From Candidatus Bipolaricaulia bacterium (GTDB lineage Bacteria > Bipolaricaulota > Bipolaricaulia > JBHIAT01): a stretch of DNA of 29,161 bases. A model generated the notes under the pieces. That model saw only the letters and a program-made list of their open reading frames with translations, was not told the DNA's origin and made no database searches. Position 1 is the stretch's first letter. Each line of letters starts with the position of its first letter. The stretch covers positions 1 through 29,161 of the forward strand of contig JBHIAT010000027.1 in NCBI GenBank assembly GCA_046758705.1. Direction: 5' to 3'. Below, one piece after another: positions 1 through 10,407 of this stretch. The translations under genes and the position numbers were made by a program.

Positions 1-501
1 TTATGCTTTTTCGCCGATATGAACGGTTCGACCGCTGGTTGCACAAACGCTACGCGAGTTCCTGTCAATCTCTTCCACATTCGGATTTTTTGGAATCGGG
101 TTTGGATTGAATCTGTGACCGTAGAAGTCGCTTAGTGTATCAATGTCTGCCACCAACCATGCTTCCATTATCTGTACCATCAGGTGGCAGTGTGCGTCGT
201 CGACGCCGGGCAAGCTCCAACCATCCCTAATTTCCAAATGCTTACAAGGGCTGGTATCTACTGGGCCTTCCGAATCAACGAGTAGAACGTTGAAGGCATC
301 TGGATGGGTTTCCAGCGCCATTAGGAAGTTATTATGAGCATCATTTCGTGGTCCACATGCGATGATCTGCCATCTGATTCTCCTGCTTCGAGCTATGTGA
401 CGAAGATCTTCAAGAAAATTGCCAAAGCCTTGCCGCATCCGAGCTTTCGTATCCTTATAGTCACCACCGCCTTCGATGTAAATTCGGATCTCACTTATCA
501 T
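1..501 (-). CDS. DUF4276 family protein (TOPRIM-like), C-terminus probably truncated or replaced
   Basis: N-terminal IYIEGGGD motif, LLVDSEGP and MVQIMEAWLVAD motifs typical of DUF4276. ATGA overlap with the upstream ATPase. The last ~20 aa after NVEEIDR do not resemble the family as I recall it. Confidence 0.75.
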   Translation of the reverse strand: MISEIRIYIEGGGDYKDTKARMRQGFGNFLEDLRHIARSRRIRWQIIACGPRNDAHNNFLMALETHPDAFNVLLVDSEGPVDTSPCKHLEIRDGWSLPGVDDAHCHLMVQIMEAWLVADIDTLSDFYGHRFNPNPIPKNPNVEEIDRNSRSVCATSGRTVHIGEKA

Positions 502-1739
502 CGCGTTCCCCCGATCTCACCCATCCGCCAGAGCTCGCCGAGAGAATACTTCTCAAGCCACTGCTTGAGTTGTTCGGCTTCGAGACGGCGCAAGCGACTT
601 CCTGTGCCATCATGCTCACACACCAGAACTGACTCAGGAATTTCCGTAAGTGCGGAAACTAGAATGTCAGAATGTGTGGTGACAATCAATTGGGTGCGCT
701 GCGATGCCTCGATTAGCAATTCAGCGATAGTGGGCAGTATGTCAGGATGTAACCCAAGCTCCGGCTCTTCGATGCACAAAAGAGGCGGTGGTGTCGGGTG
801 GCAGAGTAGGGTCAGCAAGCTGAGATAACGAAGTGTACCATCTGACAGACGGGTCGCAGGAATAGGCTGATGAAGGCCTTTTTCATGGATAAATATCTGT
901 ACTGTGCCACCTTGAATCTTGGTGGCAATGTCATCTGCTGCATCGTAAAACTTCTTTAGCTTTTCTATGATCAGCTTTTTAACCTTTGGTCGGTTTTGCA
1001 AATCGTTTAGAACAAGCCCGAGGTTGCTCGTGTCTTCCAAGAGAAAATCCTCGGGTAAGTCCGCTTTCTGTGGCATTCTCGGTGCCGTGTAGCGTCCTAA
1101 GTTCCACTCCCTGTATAGCTGTATCTTGGCAAACTGGTTTCCCAAGTACGTGATCTCCGGATACTGATCCGGATCTTTTCGCTGAGATAACACAGATTGC
1201 TCCAGACTGAGGTCTTCCCGGCGAAGATCTCGCCGAGTTCTTCCCTCAGCCGTTCCAGCGCGAGCTTGTTCTCCTTGATCTCCAACCACAGTTTTTACGT
1301 TTAAAACGGGGTTACCCTGCTGATAGCGGTAAAAGAAATAGACATCAGTTTCATTTGGTCCACTTGGACGTTCGTTCTCAATAACTTCGTCTACAAGCTC
1401 CAGCCTTTGACCGACCATCGTAAAACAAAGTCGATAGCGTAGTGGCATGATTCCATCAGGGTAATTGACAATCGCCTCGATCTCAGCTGTCGGAACTTTC
1501 GGATTGGATTTCTCACCTTTCCAAAGCCACTCCGCAATCCCGCCTCCTTCGCGAATTGGAGCGGTCAGGTCTTTTGGTGTTGCGCGTAGCAGTCCAATAG
1601 CTTCGATCAGGTTCGACTTACCAGATACGTTCGGACCGATAAGAACATTGAGCGGTAGAAGTTCAATTTCTTCGCTTTCACTTCCGTAGGAAAGAAAATT
1701 CTTTATTCGAAGGGTTCGGATAAGCCTTTTACCTTCCAT
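498..1739 (-). CDS. ABC-type AAA ATPase (AAA_21/AAA_15 defence-associated family)
   Basis: Walker A GPNVSGKS, signature LSDGT, Walker B LLCIEEPE, H-loop TTHS; C-terminal SLGELWRMGEIGG. Paired with DUF4276. Confidence 0.88.
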   Translation of the reverse strand: MEGKRLIRTLRIKNFLSYGSESEEIELLPLNVLIGPNVSGKSNLIEAIGLLRATPKDLTAPIREGGGIAEWLWKGEKSNPKVPTAEIEAIVNYPDGIMPLRYRLCFTMVGQRLELVDEVIENERPSGPNETDVYFFYRYQQGNPVLNVKTVVGDQGEQARAGTAEGRTRRDLRREDLSLEQSVLSQRKDPDQYPEITYLGNQFAKIQLYREWNLGRYTAPRMPQKADLPEDFLLEDTSNLGLVLNDLQNRPKVKKLIIEKLKKFYDAADDIATKIQGGTVQIFIHEKGLHQPIPATRLSDGTLRYLSLLTLLCHPTPPPLLCIEEPELGLHPDILPTIAELLIEASQRTQLIVTTHSDILVSALTEIPESVLVCEHDGTGSRLRRLEAEQLKQWLEKYSLGELWRMGEIGGTR

Positions 1740-4700
1740 TTATTCCTCTCTTCCTAATTCCAAGACAATTCTAACTTTGTCCGAATCCTTACCCTTCACC
1801 AGATCACTGAGATAGCCCTCGAAACGTCTCTTCATCTCATCCAGGGTGACCGGCAAGCCGCCCTTAAGAAGCGCAGCTTGTAGCTCTTCCATTCTGATCA
1901 CTACTTTAGTGAGGTCTGAGAGCACCTCTTGTATCGCTTGGATGAAATCTTGCTCAAGATCATCTGGCAAATGGCGTTCCTCGACAAAAATATCCACCAG
2001 CTCTTTATCTTCAGGCTTAAGCAGGTCGAGATTCTCTCGAACCAAGGGATCTTCCAAGTTTGTCAGCAAGGTCTGTGTCCAGGTAGAAACGAGTTGATCC
2101 AGTTCGTCGTCGAGTCCGGAGAGGACGTGTTTTGCAGGCGCACTGATGTACTCTGTGCTCGGTTTGAACGAGCAGTGTGGACAAACAGGAGAGGCATCAA
2201 GGTCTTGTTCTGTCAAGGCAAAGCAGATCTTGAGTTCTGTTAGGCGGTTCTGAAAATCGGTCAATTGCTCGGTTGACATAAGGTCGATGGTTGCAAGCTG
2301 TTTAAGTTTTTCCAAACGCTCGTCGTGCAGCAGTTCGATCTTGCGTTTGTCCTCGTTGGCGCCGAGGCGGGCCCTGGCGTGCAGATCTAGGTATGCCTTC
2401 ACATAGTCTTTCTTGAGTTTCGTGAGCTTTTGGGACGTCTGCTGGCGGAACGAGGCAGCAGTTCGCTGAGCAGGATCTACGATCTGGGCGAGAACCTCAC
2501 CCTGAACCTGTATCATCTGATTGACCCAGGGATGATCGTCAGGAAGCACGTGCTCTGCTTGAGACAAATACGATGCAATGGGACCTAAATCGTTCACCAA
2601 TTCACGCAGGGTCTCTATCTTCTCCAATGTTTGTAACCCTGTTTCTTGAGCTTTTACTTCTTGCATGTCGTAGCGAAAGTTCTTGAGCTTCCCTGGCGTG
2701 TTGAAGGCCTGTAGTGATTCCAAGAATTCTTTAGTCCGGTCCAAGCGGGAGCGAAATTCGTTGGTTTCCTCTTCGGTCAACATGCTTCGCCCCCAGAAGC
2801 TAGGTCCATCTTGAAGATACCGTTGGGCGTGAACCAGTTTTTCCACGGCTTGACCAACGGCTTTCTGGAGTTCCTGAACCGGCTCCCCTTGGCCCTGTGT
2901 AACAAGCTGCGCCATACCCGGTGTAAGATTTAAGAGCTCGAAAAGAGCCTTTAGCACAGGTAGATTCCATTCCTTGGGTTGCTCGATATGTTTGAAATGG
3001 ATGAGATCCTCAAAGGGTGTGATGGCAAGATCAGCAAGATTCGTGGCATCGAACTTCTTGCCCGGAATGGCCAAGACTAGGTCGCCTGAATAAACCAAGG
3101 CTGCCAGCAGGACAACCACCCATTCGGGCTCCAGGCGGTAACTCTCCGGTGCCATGTACTCAGCGTCAAGGACGTCCTCGATGAGTTCAGCTCGATTGAC
3201 CACCTGCCCGTGCCCTTTCTTGCGGAGCAGGATGTGGTTTGCGTACTTGGAGCGGTATGGATTGAGCTGCTCGCCGTCGAGCAGTTCGAGCGCATCCAGC
3301 ACAGCAGTGGCCTGTTGGGTCTTGGTGCTTCCTGCAATCCAGCGTAGAGCGGCCTGAGCTGTCTGAACTCGGTTGGTTCTGGTAATCAGCACGGAGAAAA
3401 CGGGGTATCCTGGGGCTTGCTCTTCAAAATGGAGTGCTAAACAGACCGATCCAACTGTATTAACGATGTCGCGAACATTGGCCCGCACGCTCCCAGTAGG
3501 GGAGAGCCTGCCTTTCACCCAGCCCAGCAGAGGTTCGCGTTTGCCCTGATAGGTTACCTCAAACGCATTAGTTATATGCTCCTGGAGCCACTTGGCTAGG
3601 CCGCGTAAGAAACTAATTGCTTTCGATTCGTAAGTGGACTTAGCATGTCCGGAAGATGTCGAGGCCAAGTCTATAGCCGCCGCGTAGCTTCGGAGAGTTT
3701 GGTTGAATTCATCGTCAGCTCCGGTGAGATGAAAGAAGACCTCGTCAGCCTTCTTCTCGTCCTTGTAAGGTGGTGGATCGTGGGGTTGGATGAAGTAAAG
3801 ATAAAAGTCCCGTGGCGGAACAGCTGTGGATCGTTCGTTGGGAGCTCCGAAGAATAGGTAGCCTTGACGTGCTGCCTTACGTTCACGCCATTCCAGCTCG
3901 TGTTCCCAGATACGGTAACCGGTGACGTAGGTTTGATCAGTACACTCCATCACCTGCTTAAGAGTTTCGTAGTAGTAGCGGTCGAGCTGTGCCAAATCGA
4001 GGCTTTCTGCCCGCTTCTCAATGAGTGCGTCGAAGTCCTCGGTCTTTTTGAGATCCAGGTAGTACTGGCGATTGTCCAGATTGAAAGAAATAAACTGACC
4101 GCTCACGGTGTTGTGAATCTCTCGGAGTACTGTTTCTACCTGGGATAGGAGGTCATCTGCCGGTTCGCCGCCGAGATCCTCGATGCCAGGTTGATAAAGA
4201 CACAGGGTGTCCCGCAACTCCTTCGCGGTAGCACCCAGAGACGCATAAGTGTCCCCGGTGGTCAGCCGGTGAACTGACAGAGCGTGAATGATCTGGAGGG
4301 CCATGGGTTTGTATGGTGGCCGAGTGAAAGCCTGCTGGATACTGGCTTCAAGAACCTGGCTGCAATTGATTACCTCTTTAATCTCGGGCACCGCGCGAAA
4401 AGCAGGATTTTCCTTCAATGTGATCCAGTAGCTGTCATAAGCGATGAGGCCTGGTTGGTCTTCTGGAACGTCTTTTTCAAGCCGATCCTTCATAGCTTGA
4501 GACAGAGTTCTAAGAACCTCTCGTTTTTCTGCGAACGTGATCCGCTCGAAGGTGTCGATATAATTCGGATGGACAGGGAACAGACGGACGAACTCATCCA
4601 TCCGTTCATTCATATCACCATAGAACTTGGCAAATGGAGTGAGGTGTTCCCGGATCTTAGCTTGTTGCTCAGCGATCTTCTTGAGCAGACGCTCAGCAAC

Positions 4701-5462
4701 AACGAACTTCACATCTCTACGGGCAATGAGAATCTGCTCAAATCGATCCTTGACCCGGCGAAGGCTGTCGGCAACAAACTGGAATCGGGGGCTATCGAAG
4801 ATGGCCTCTTGAACACCAGCTATGAAGCGAAACCGCAAGTTCTTACACACCTCGCCGACTTCGCGCAGGAAGTTCAGATCGAGGATGAGTTCCTGATCCT
4901 TCCGGGTGCGTAGATAGTCGAGCAACTCGTCCACTACCAAGAGCAGACCGTGATCGGGATACCGCTGGTGGAACGCGTTCATCATCTCCTCGAAGGCGCG
5001 CTTGGTGTTTGGAGCTTCGCTAGCGGCCGGGAAGGTGTAGTGCACCCCAATGGCGGCCAGATGTTCCTCGAGTTCTTTCACCACGATGTCTCGGAGTGAC
5101 ATCGTAGTGAAGCCAATCTCAGTACGGATCACTTCGAACTTTCCAGCAATCTGGGCTGCTGCGTCCTCGACCTCGGTGTTGGTGAGAGCAGAGGTGAGAT
5201 CGGTATGTTCGGCGATGCTTGAGATCACCGCCATGAGGTGTGACTTGCCGGTGCCATAGTTTCCAACAACCAGGATGCCTTTGTTGTCAGCGGGTTGGTC
5301 AAATTGAAGGTGGGGAAAAACGATGTCAGTAAGCCTCTCGGCCATCTCATCCGAGATAACATACGTGGATACATGTTGTCGAGCGGCATCCGCCTTATCA
5401 GCATCAAGGAGCTGGATTGCAGTCACAATAGGCTCGAATTGAATCAACTCACCGTATTTCAT
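1740..5462 (-). CDS. brxC: BREX type 3 large ATPase (DUF6079; BrxC/PglY equivalent)
   Basis: Start [12 protein letters not shown] at 5462 with GGAGGT SD and ATGA overlap with the brxF stop. Walker A GNYGTGKS, Walker B LLVVDE, C-terminal CPHC motif, ~1240 aa, directly downstream of brxF. Confidence 0.82.
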   Translation of the reverse strand: MKYGELIQFEPIVTAIQLLDADKADAARQHVSTYVISDEMAERLTDIVFPHLQFDQPADNKGILVVGNYGTGKSHLMAVISSIAEHTDLTSALTNTEVEDAAAQIAGKFEVIRTEIGFTTMSLRDIVVKELEEHLAAIGVHYTFPAASEAPNTKRAFEEMMNAFHQRYPDHGLLLVVDELLDYLRTRKDQELILDLNFLREVGEVCKNLRFRFIAGVQEAIFDSPRFQFVADSLRRVKDRFEQILIARRDVKFVVAERLLKKIAEQQAKIREHLTPFAKFYGDMNERMDEFVRLFPVHPNYIDTFERITFAEKREVLRTLSQAMKDRLEKDVPEDQPGLIAYDSYWITLKENPAFRAVPEIKEVINCSQVLEASIQQAFTRPPYKPMALQIIHALSVHRLTTGDTYASLGATAKELRDTLCLYQPGIEDLGGEPADDLLSQVETVLREIHNTVSGQFISFNLDNRQYYLDLKKTEDFDALIEKRAESLDLAQLDRYYYETLKQVMECTDQTYVTGYRIWEHELEWRERKAARQGYLFFGAPNERSTAVPPRDFYLYFIQPHDPPPYKDEKKADEVFFHLTGADDEFNQTLRSYAAAIDLASTSSGHAKSTYESKAISFLRGLAKWLQEHITNAFEVTYQGKREPLLGWVKGRLSPTGSVRANVRDIVNTVGSVCLALHFEEQAPGYPVFSVLITRTNRVQTAQAALRWIAGSTKTQQATAVLDALELLDGEQLNPYRSKYANHILLRKKGHGQVVNRAELIEDVLDAEYMAPESYRLEPEWVVVLLAALVYSGDLVLAIPGKKFDATNLADLAITPFEDLIHFKHIEQPKEWNLPVLKALFELLNLTPGMAQLVTQGQGEPVQELQKAVGQAVEKLVHAQRYLQDGPSFWGRSMLTEEETNEFRSRLDRTKEFLESLQAFNTPGKLKNFRYDMQEVKAQETGLQTLEKIETLRELVNDLGPIASYLSQAEHVLPDDHPWVNQMIQVQGEVLAQIVDPAQRTAASFRQQTSQKLTKLKKDYVKAYLDLHARARLGANEDKRKIELLHDERLEKLKQLATIDLMSTEQLTDFQNRLTELKICFALTEQDLDASPVCPHCSFKPSTEYISAPAKHVLSGLDDELDQLVSTWTQTLLTNLEDPLVRENLDLLKPEDKELVDIFVEERHLPDDLEQDFIQAIQEVLSDLTKVVIRMEELQAALLKGGLPVTLDEMKRRFEGYLSDLVKGKDSDKVRIVLELGREE

Positions 5463-5932
5463 GTCGTTACCTCCGCACCTGCCACCAGGAAATCGCGAAC
5501 TGGGTACCGTCGATATTCCGGATGATCGGGTGTGGCGTATGTCAGGTAGTCCTTCTCTATCGAGCCGTTCCAAGCAGCGATCACTGTCTTGTTACGAGAA
5601 ATCTCTTGTAGAAGACGAAGAGGGTCTTGTTTAAGCGAGACATCAAAGAGCATTTCAAGATTGTCTAAGATAACCGCCTTGCTATACCCCTCAACGATCT
5701 CACTGAGCAGTCGAAATACTCTCAGAAGGCGTTGTCGCTCAGTTAAAGGGAGCAAGCGCTGGCTAAGTTCTAGATTCACGTTGATATAAGGGAATTTAGT
5801 ACGCCTGGCCACCTCTCGTAACGCTGTTGTCTTGCCAGATCCAGAGGGAGCTACAACCAAGACCAGTCGATAGAAAAGTTTGTCAGCTTGGTCAATCTTG
5901 AGAACAATCTCGTCAACAAGCGGCTCAGGCAA
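5459..5932 (-). CDS. brxF: BREX-3 P-loop protein BrxF
   Basis: P-loop [29 protein letters not shown] and [14 protein letters not shown] motifs. TTG start at 5932 preceded by GGAGG. Confidence 0.88.
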   Translation of the reverse strand: MPEPLVDEIVLKIDQADKLFYRLVLVVAPSGSGKTTALREVARRTKFPYINVNLELSQRLLPLTERQRLLRVFRLLSEIVEGYSKAVILDNLEMLFDVSLKQDPLRLLQEISRNKTVIAAWNGSIEKDYLTYATPDHPEYRRYPVRDFLVAGAEVTT

Positions 5933-6009
5933 CTTGTTCCTCCATGCAGTATTCTCCAAAGATCACGATCTCAACTCAACCGTCTTTTCTGCATTCAGAA
6001 TCCTAGATT

Positions 6010-6696
6010 TCAGACGACCTGGTTGGCACGTTCCAACACCAGCCTGTTTTGATCCGGATCATCGGTGTAAACAGTGATCGAACCGACCTCTATCGTCTCG
6101 TCGAACGCCAGAGCCTCCTCCGGACTCAACCGCTCGATCAGCTTGCGGGCCATTGCGATCACCGCCGCATGGGTCACGACCAGCAGGCGCTCGCCGTCGT
6201 GCTCATCGACCAGGGTTTCGAGGAAGCTGTGGATCCGCAGTCCGACATCAGAGAAGTTCTCGCCTCCCGGCGGTCGGTAGTAATAGCGACCTTCCCACTC
6301 CCGGCGTCGGGACTCTCCGGGCAGGATCCGGGCCAACTCCGTCTCCGCCCTGACCATGCCCTCGGGAACGCCCGGGTCCCGCTCCCGGATTCGATCTTCG
6401 ACGATCGGCTCGGGCCGGGGATCGAAGTGACGCAGGATCGCATCCGCCGTTTCGCGGGCTCGCCGCATCGGAGAGGTGAAGGCACGATCGAACTGCCCGA
6501 ATTCAGCGCTCAAGTGGCGTCCAATCCGATCTGCCTGCGCCCTCCCCTGTTCACTGAGCGGGTAGGTGAAGTTATGGTAACGGCGCAGTTCGTCGCTGGG
6601 AGCGTCGAGCTCACCGCGCGCGATCGCCTTTCGCTCCGCGTTGAAGATCGATTCACCGTGGCGCACCCACACCAACAGCGCCGGCCGGTCACCCAT
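6010..6696 (-). CDS. Histidine phosphatase (phosphoglycerate mutase-like) family protein
   Basis: RHGES motif, SPMRRARETA, PPGGE, LVVTH. ATG at 6696 with GAGGAG SD. Confidence 0.9.
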   Translation of the reverse strand: MGDRPALLVWVRHGESIFNAERKAIARGELDAPSDELRRYHNFTYPLSEQGRAQADRIGRHLSAEFGQFDRAFTSPMRRARETADAILRHFDPRPEPIVEDRIRERDPGVPEGMVRAETELARILPGESRRREWEGRYYYRPPGGENFSDVGLRIHSFLETLVDEHDGERLLVVTHAAVIAMARKLIERLSPEEALAFDETIEVGSITVYTDDPDQNRLVLERANQVV

Positions 6697-6717
6697 CGTC
6701 TCTCCTCGTCTCGTCAC

Positions 6718-7134
6718 TCAACCCACCTTCAGACCGAGGACAAATCCCGGGATCGCCCCGCCGAACGCGGGCAGGTTAGAGAACAGAATGGCCCGCAGTG
6801 CCTCCCAGCGGCTCTGAAGCGTCTCCGGGTCAGTGAACCGTGCCCACCAGTCCGCGATCGGATTCCAGTCAATGGTGATGAGTCCGTAGTAGGCGAGCAC
6901 CTGGAGCAGAATGAAGAACAGGCCGAAGGCGATCGCAATCAGCTTGCCCACCTTCTTCAGGGTGAAGCCGACGACGAGGCCAACGACACCTCCGAACCCG
7001 AGCTGCGAGACGAGCGGGATCACGGTGCTGCTGACAGCGTCCGGGTCATCCTGTAGCTGGGCAACGGTCCATAGGGCCGGAAAGATCAGCAGGATTGGGA
7101 TCAAGGCGAATCGCAACATGGAGCGGCTGGACAT
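6718..7134 (-). CDS. FUN14 family small membrane protein
   Basis: QLGFGGVVGLVVGFTLKKVGKL...LQVLAYYGLITIDW...GFVLGLK pattern. Start uncertain (7134 chosen). Confidence 0.8.
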   Translation of the reverse strand: MSSRSMLRFALIPILLIFPALWTVAQLQDDPDAVSSTVIPLVSQLGFGGVVGLVVGFTLKKVGKLIAIAFGLFFILLQVLAYYGLITIDWNPIADWWARFTDPETLQSRWEALRAILFSNLPAFGGAIPGFVLGLKVG

Positions 7135-7211
7135 CAGAATACCTTTCCTCTCAGATTCCAACCCGAACGTCCCCGTGCAGGTGGCACTCCTCGGTCACCA
7201 TCGTTACTATA

Positions 7212-7239
7212 ATAATACTGGCAGATGGTCCAAAGTCAA
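7212..7239 (-). promoter_or_regulatory. Sigma70-like promoter for the FUN14/phosphatase (and possibly BREX) transcript
   Basis: Minus strand TTGACT-16 bp-TATTAT in the divergent intergenic region. Confidence 0.55.
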
Positions 7240-7288
7240 GAGTTCAACGGGCTCATAGCCGATGAAGACGATGCGGAGGTGAGATCGG

Positions 7289-7705
7289 TTGGAAAACAGA
7301 CACCCGATCGTCGGGGTCGGTGCAGTGATCGTGAACGACGGGAAAGTGCTTCTGGTCCAGCGAGGCAAGCCACCCGGCCGAGGGATCTGGGCGATCCCAG
7401 GCGGCCGGTTGCGTTGGGGCGAACGGCTCGAGGAAGCGGTTCGGCGTGAGATCTGTGAGGAGACGGGCCTGGAGATCGAATTGGGCGAGATCGCCGGGGT
7501 AAAGGATCTGATCGAGCGAGACGGATCCGAGATCGCCTATCATTACGTTCTGATCGACTTTTATGCCAAGCCGATCGGCGGCCAGCTCGAACCGGGCTCC
7601 GACGCGCTCGACGCCCGCTGGGTGGTGCCCGATCTTGATCACCTCCAGGATTACGAGCTCAGCCGAACCACCACAGAGTTGCTGACGGAGCTGTTCGACC
7701 GCTGA
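7289..7705 (+). CDS. NUDIX hydrolase (MutT/ADP-ribose pyrophosphatase-like)
   Basis: Nudix box GGRLRWGERLEEAVRREICEETGL. TTG start after GGAGGTG. Confidence 0.92.
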   Translation: MENRHPIVGVGAVIVNDGKVLLVQRGKPPGRGIWAIPGGRLRWGERLEEAVRREICEETGLEIELGEIAGVKDLIERDGSEIAYHYVLIDFYAKPIGGQLEPGSDALDARWVVPDLDHLQDYELSRTTTELLTELFDR

Positions 7706-7722
7706 TCGCTGACGGCTGACGG

Positions 7723-8511
7723 CTAACTTGCCCGTTCAAGGAGCGCCTGGACCGCCTCGGAGACGCTTTCGACAGCGATCCCGATCCGCTCACCCCACTC
7801 GATGATCTCCGGCCGGCGCAGCCCGGCGCGTTCGAAGAGTGCCCGGTCCCGAACAATCTCCTGCGTCTTTCCAGCGGCGAGAAGTTTTCCATCCTGAAGC
7901 AGGATAAGCTGATCGGTGAATGTCATCGCCCAGTCGATGGCGTGGGTGGCGATCACGATCGTCTTATCCTCCAACCCTTGGATCAACTCAGCGACCCGAG
8001 CAGTCTGATCCGCGTCCAACCAACTGATCGGCTCATCGAGGCCGATCACCGGTGGATCACCGGCGAGGACCGCGGCGATGGCGACGCGTCGTTGCTCCCC
8101 CTGGCTCAACGCGAACGGGCTCTTATCCTTCAGTTCCCAGAGGTCCAGCTTACGCAGCAGCCGTTCCACGCGATCCTCAACGTCCGATAGCCCCAGGTTC
8201 TTCGGGTAGAATGCAACCTCCTTCCACACCGTCTCAGCAAAGAACATATGCTGGGGGTTCTGAAACACGAGCCCGACCCGTCTGACCGCTTGTGACGGTG
8301 GGGCGGCCGCCATGTCCAGACCGTCCACGACGACCCGACCGCGATCCGGTTTCAGGAGCCCGTTCAGGTGCCTGAGCAACGTCGTCTTCCCCGCGCCGTT
8401 GCTTCCCATTACCACAGCCGTCTCTCCCCGGGCGACACGGAAGCCGACGCCCGAAAGCGCCCGGATCCCGTCGTAGTTATGATGGAGGTTGTCAATCTCG
8501 ATCATCGCCAT
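7723..8511 (-). CDS. ECF transporter ATPase (CbiO/EcfA family)
   Basis: GSNGAGKT, VFQNP, LSQGE, LDEP, ATH motifs. Confidence 0.88.
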   Translation of the reverse strand: MAMIEIDNLHHNYDGIRALSGVGFRVARGETAVVMGSNGAGKTTLLRHLNGLLKPDRGRVVVDGLDMAAAPPSQAVRRVGLVFQNPQHMFFAETVWKEVAFYPKNLGLSDVEDRVERLLRKLDLWELKDKSPFALSQGEQRRVAIAAVLAGDPPVIGLDEPISWLDADQTARVAELIQGLEDKTIVIATHAIDWAMTFTDQLILLQDGKLLAAGKTQEIVRDRALFERAGLRRPEIIEWGERIGIAVESVSEAVQALLERAS

Positions 8512-9311
8512 GGCCGATCTCCAGGCTTGAGGATCTTCCCGGCCATCGCCACCGCCTCGTCCATCGACAGCGGGATCGCGACATCTGAGAGATGCTCGCT
8601 TAACTCGATCCCGAGCCGGGTGACATCGGGGATCCGGATCCCCGAGCTCCAGAACGCATCGGCGGCAACGATCTCGCGGGGGGGCCCCTGGACAGCGATC
8701 CGCCCCTCGTTGAGCAACACGACCCAGTCGGCCAGTTCGAGCAGGCCACGGATGTCCTGCTCAACCACGATCAGCGTCTGCCCTTCATGATGGAGCCTGG
8801 CCAGGAGCGTGATGATCTCCTCTCGAGAGATCGAATCGAGTTGGGAGGTCGGCTCATCGAGCAGCAGAATCTGCGCTTCCATAGCCAGAGATCCGGCGAT
8901 CGCCACCTTCTGAAGCTCCCCTCCCGACAACTCACTCACCGGCCGTTCAGCGAGATGGAGGATGTCCACGGTCTGCAGCGCGGTCATGACGCGGCGTCGG
9001 ATCTCCGCCGGTGGCATCCCCAGGTTCTCCGGTCCGAAGGCGACATCTAACTCGATGGTCCGCCCAACCATCTGCTCCTCAGGATTCTGGAACACTATGC
9101 CGATCTCGCCCGTATCGACCGTCAATCGGCCCTGCGGATCACCGCCCTCCAGAAGACCCCCCAACGCTTGGGCGAACGTCGTTTTGCCACTGCCGTTGGG
9201 GCCGCAGATGAGCACAAACTGGCCGCGTTCGATCGAAAGGGTGATCCCGTCAACGCCGAGGCGTCCGTCCGGGTAGCTGTAGCTGTAGGCGTCCAGCTCG
9301 ATGATCGCCAT
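8502..9311 (-). CDS. ECF transporter ATPase (CbiO/EcfA family)
   Basis: Start MAIIELD at 9311; GPNGSGKT, VFQNPEEQ, FGPENLG, LSGGE, LLLDEPT. Confidence 0.88.
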   Translation of the reverse strand: MAIIELDAYSYSYPDGRLGVDGITLSIERGQFVLICGPNGSGKTTFAQALGGLLEGGDPQGRLTVDTGEIGIVFQNPEEQMVGRTIELDVAFGPENLGMPPAEIRRRVMTALQTVDILHLAERPVSELSGGELQKVAIAGSLAMEAQILLLDEPTSQLDSISREEIITLLARLHHEGQTLIVVEQDIRGLLELADWVVLLNEGRIAVQGPPREIVAADAFWSSGIRIPDVTRLGIELSEHLSDVAIPLSMDEAVAMAGKILKPGDRPWR

Positions 9312-9690
9312 AAAGGAGTGGGCACCCTGCCCAAACACGTCTACACACGTCTGAAACAGGCCTTCAAGGCCCAACTTTCAGTTTACCGCTGGCGCAGCCT
9401 CGTGTCAATGATCCTCGGCTTGATGGTCCGAGACGGTCGAAAGACCCTGACGAAACTGGCCCGGTTGGTCAGCGTCTCCGCTCTATCGCGGGCGTTCGAA
9501 TCCGACGGTTGGCCCCAACCCCAGATCCGCTCCCTGCGGCGCAAACGCATCGGGGCGGCGAAGGTGGATCGAGGAGTTGATCAAGCAGCTGAAGCAGCGG
9601 TTTGGGCTGGAGGATTGCCAGTGTCGGGGGGAGGAGAGCTTGGACCGGTGGGTGGAGCTGGTGTGGTGGGCATATGTGCTGGCTGGGGAA
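9312..9690 (+). pseudogene. Internally deleted IS4/IS701-like DDE transposase remnant
   Basis: An N-terminal-like segment (LPKHVYTRL...GRKTLTKLARLVSVSALSRAF...W) is joined out of frame at ~9555 to a C-terminal segment (RRWIEELIKQLKQRFGLEDCQCR...WVELVWWAY). The catalytic core between them is absent. Confidence 0.6.
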
Positions 9691-9879
9691 GGGGGTAGAG
9701 ATGCGTCTCTACCTTTCGATATAGGTCAAAGGGAAAAGACCCGCTATTATCGTGGGCCCTTTATCTTCTGTCTATGCTTCAACAGCTATGTGTACTTTGG
9801 CGTCGTCCCAGTCCCAAACAACTCTTCGATGCCCCCCAGGCTTTGCCCTAAAAGTAGGTTTTGACTCAAAAGTCAGACC

Positions 9880-10407
9880 TCACTTGCTGAAAAGTTGTTC
9901 TATAGTCTTCATGGGCAGAAACAATCTATCTGGGCGATCCAGAAAGGGCTGGAATCCAAAATAGAGATAGAAGTTTCGTGCATTTTCATTGACGGCATCC
10001 ACTACAAGGGCAAAGGAAGCGATCTTGTTTGCCTGATTTAGGCTTCGGGACAACGCATCCATTAGCAGGAATTCTCCCAATCCCTTTCCTTGCCACTTCT
10101 GATCCACGGCCAGGCGCCCAAGCAGAGTGGCTGGCACATCAGGATAGTGAGGGAGTCTTTGGGCTAAGTCCACTGGGAGATCCTCAAGATAGATGCTGAA
10201 GGCAGACAGGGTGTAATACCCCAGCACATCAGGCTGGCCTTCTTTGACAAGCACGAAGGGTGCAGCTATTCTACGTTTACGATCCTGGCTAGCTTGCTTG
10301 TGCAAATAGCGGTCTAGTGACTCGATGCCACAAGAGAAATTGGATCGGTCATGCCGTTTTTTATCGAATGGTTCAATGAGGTATGGAGACTCATCGGTCT
10401 CAGACAT
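9880..10407 (-). CDS. GNAT acetyltransferase toxin (AtaT/TacT-like), type II TA
   Basis: FSCGIESLDRYL, LGYYTL, PATLLGRLAVD..QGKGLG, VDA..A..FY..FGF motifs; downstream of DUF1778. Confidence 0.9.
   Translation of the reverse strand: MSETDESPYLIEPFDKKRHDRSNFSCGIESLDRYLHKQASQDRKRRIAAPFVLVKEGQPDVLGYYTLSAFSIYLEDLPVDLAQRLPHYPDVPATLLGRLAVDQKWQGKGLGEFLLMDALSRSLNQANKIASFALVVDAVNENARNFYLYFGFQPFLDRPDRLFLPMKTIEQLFSK

Noticed and set aside
5463-5573. N-terminal extension of brxC in the ORF track (similarly the extended starts at 9374, 10806, 16097, 16800, 19111, 21778 and 28106)
   Set aside because: These extensions overlap neighbouring genes or elements; downstream starts have better SD or coupling and family-typical N-termini.
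6049-7056. 335-aa plus-strand ORF
   Set aside because: Antisense to the phosphatase and FUN14 genes in GC-rich DNA; no family signal.
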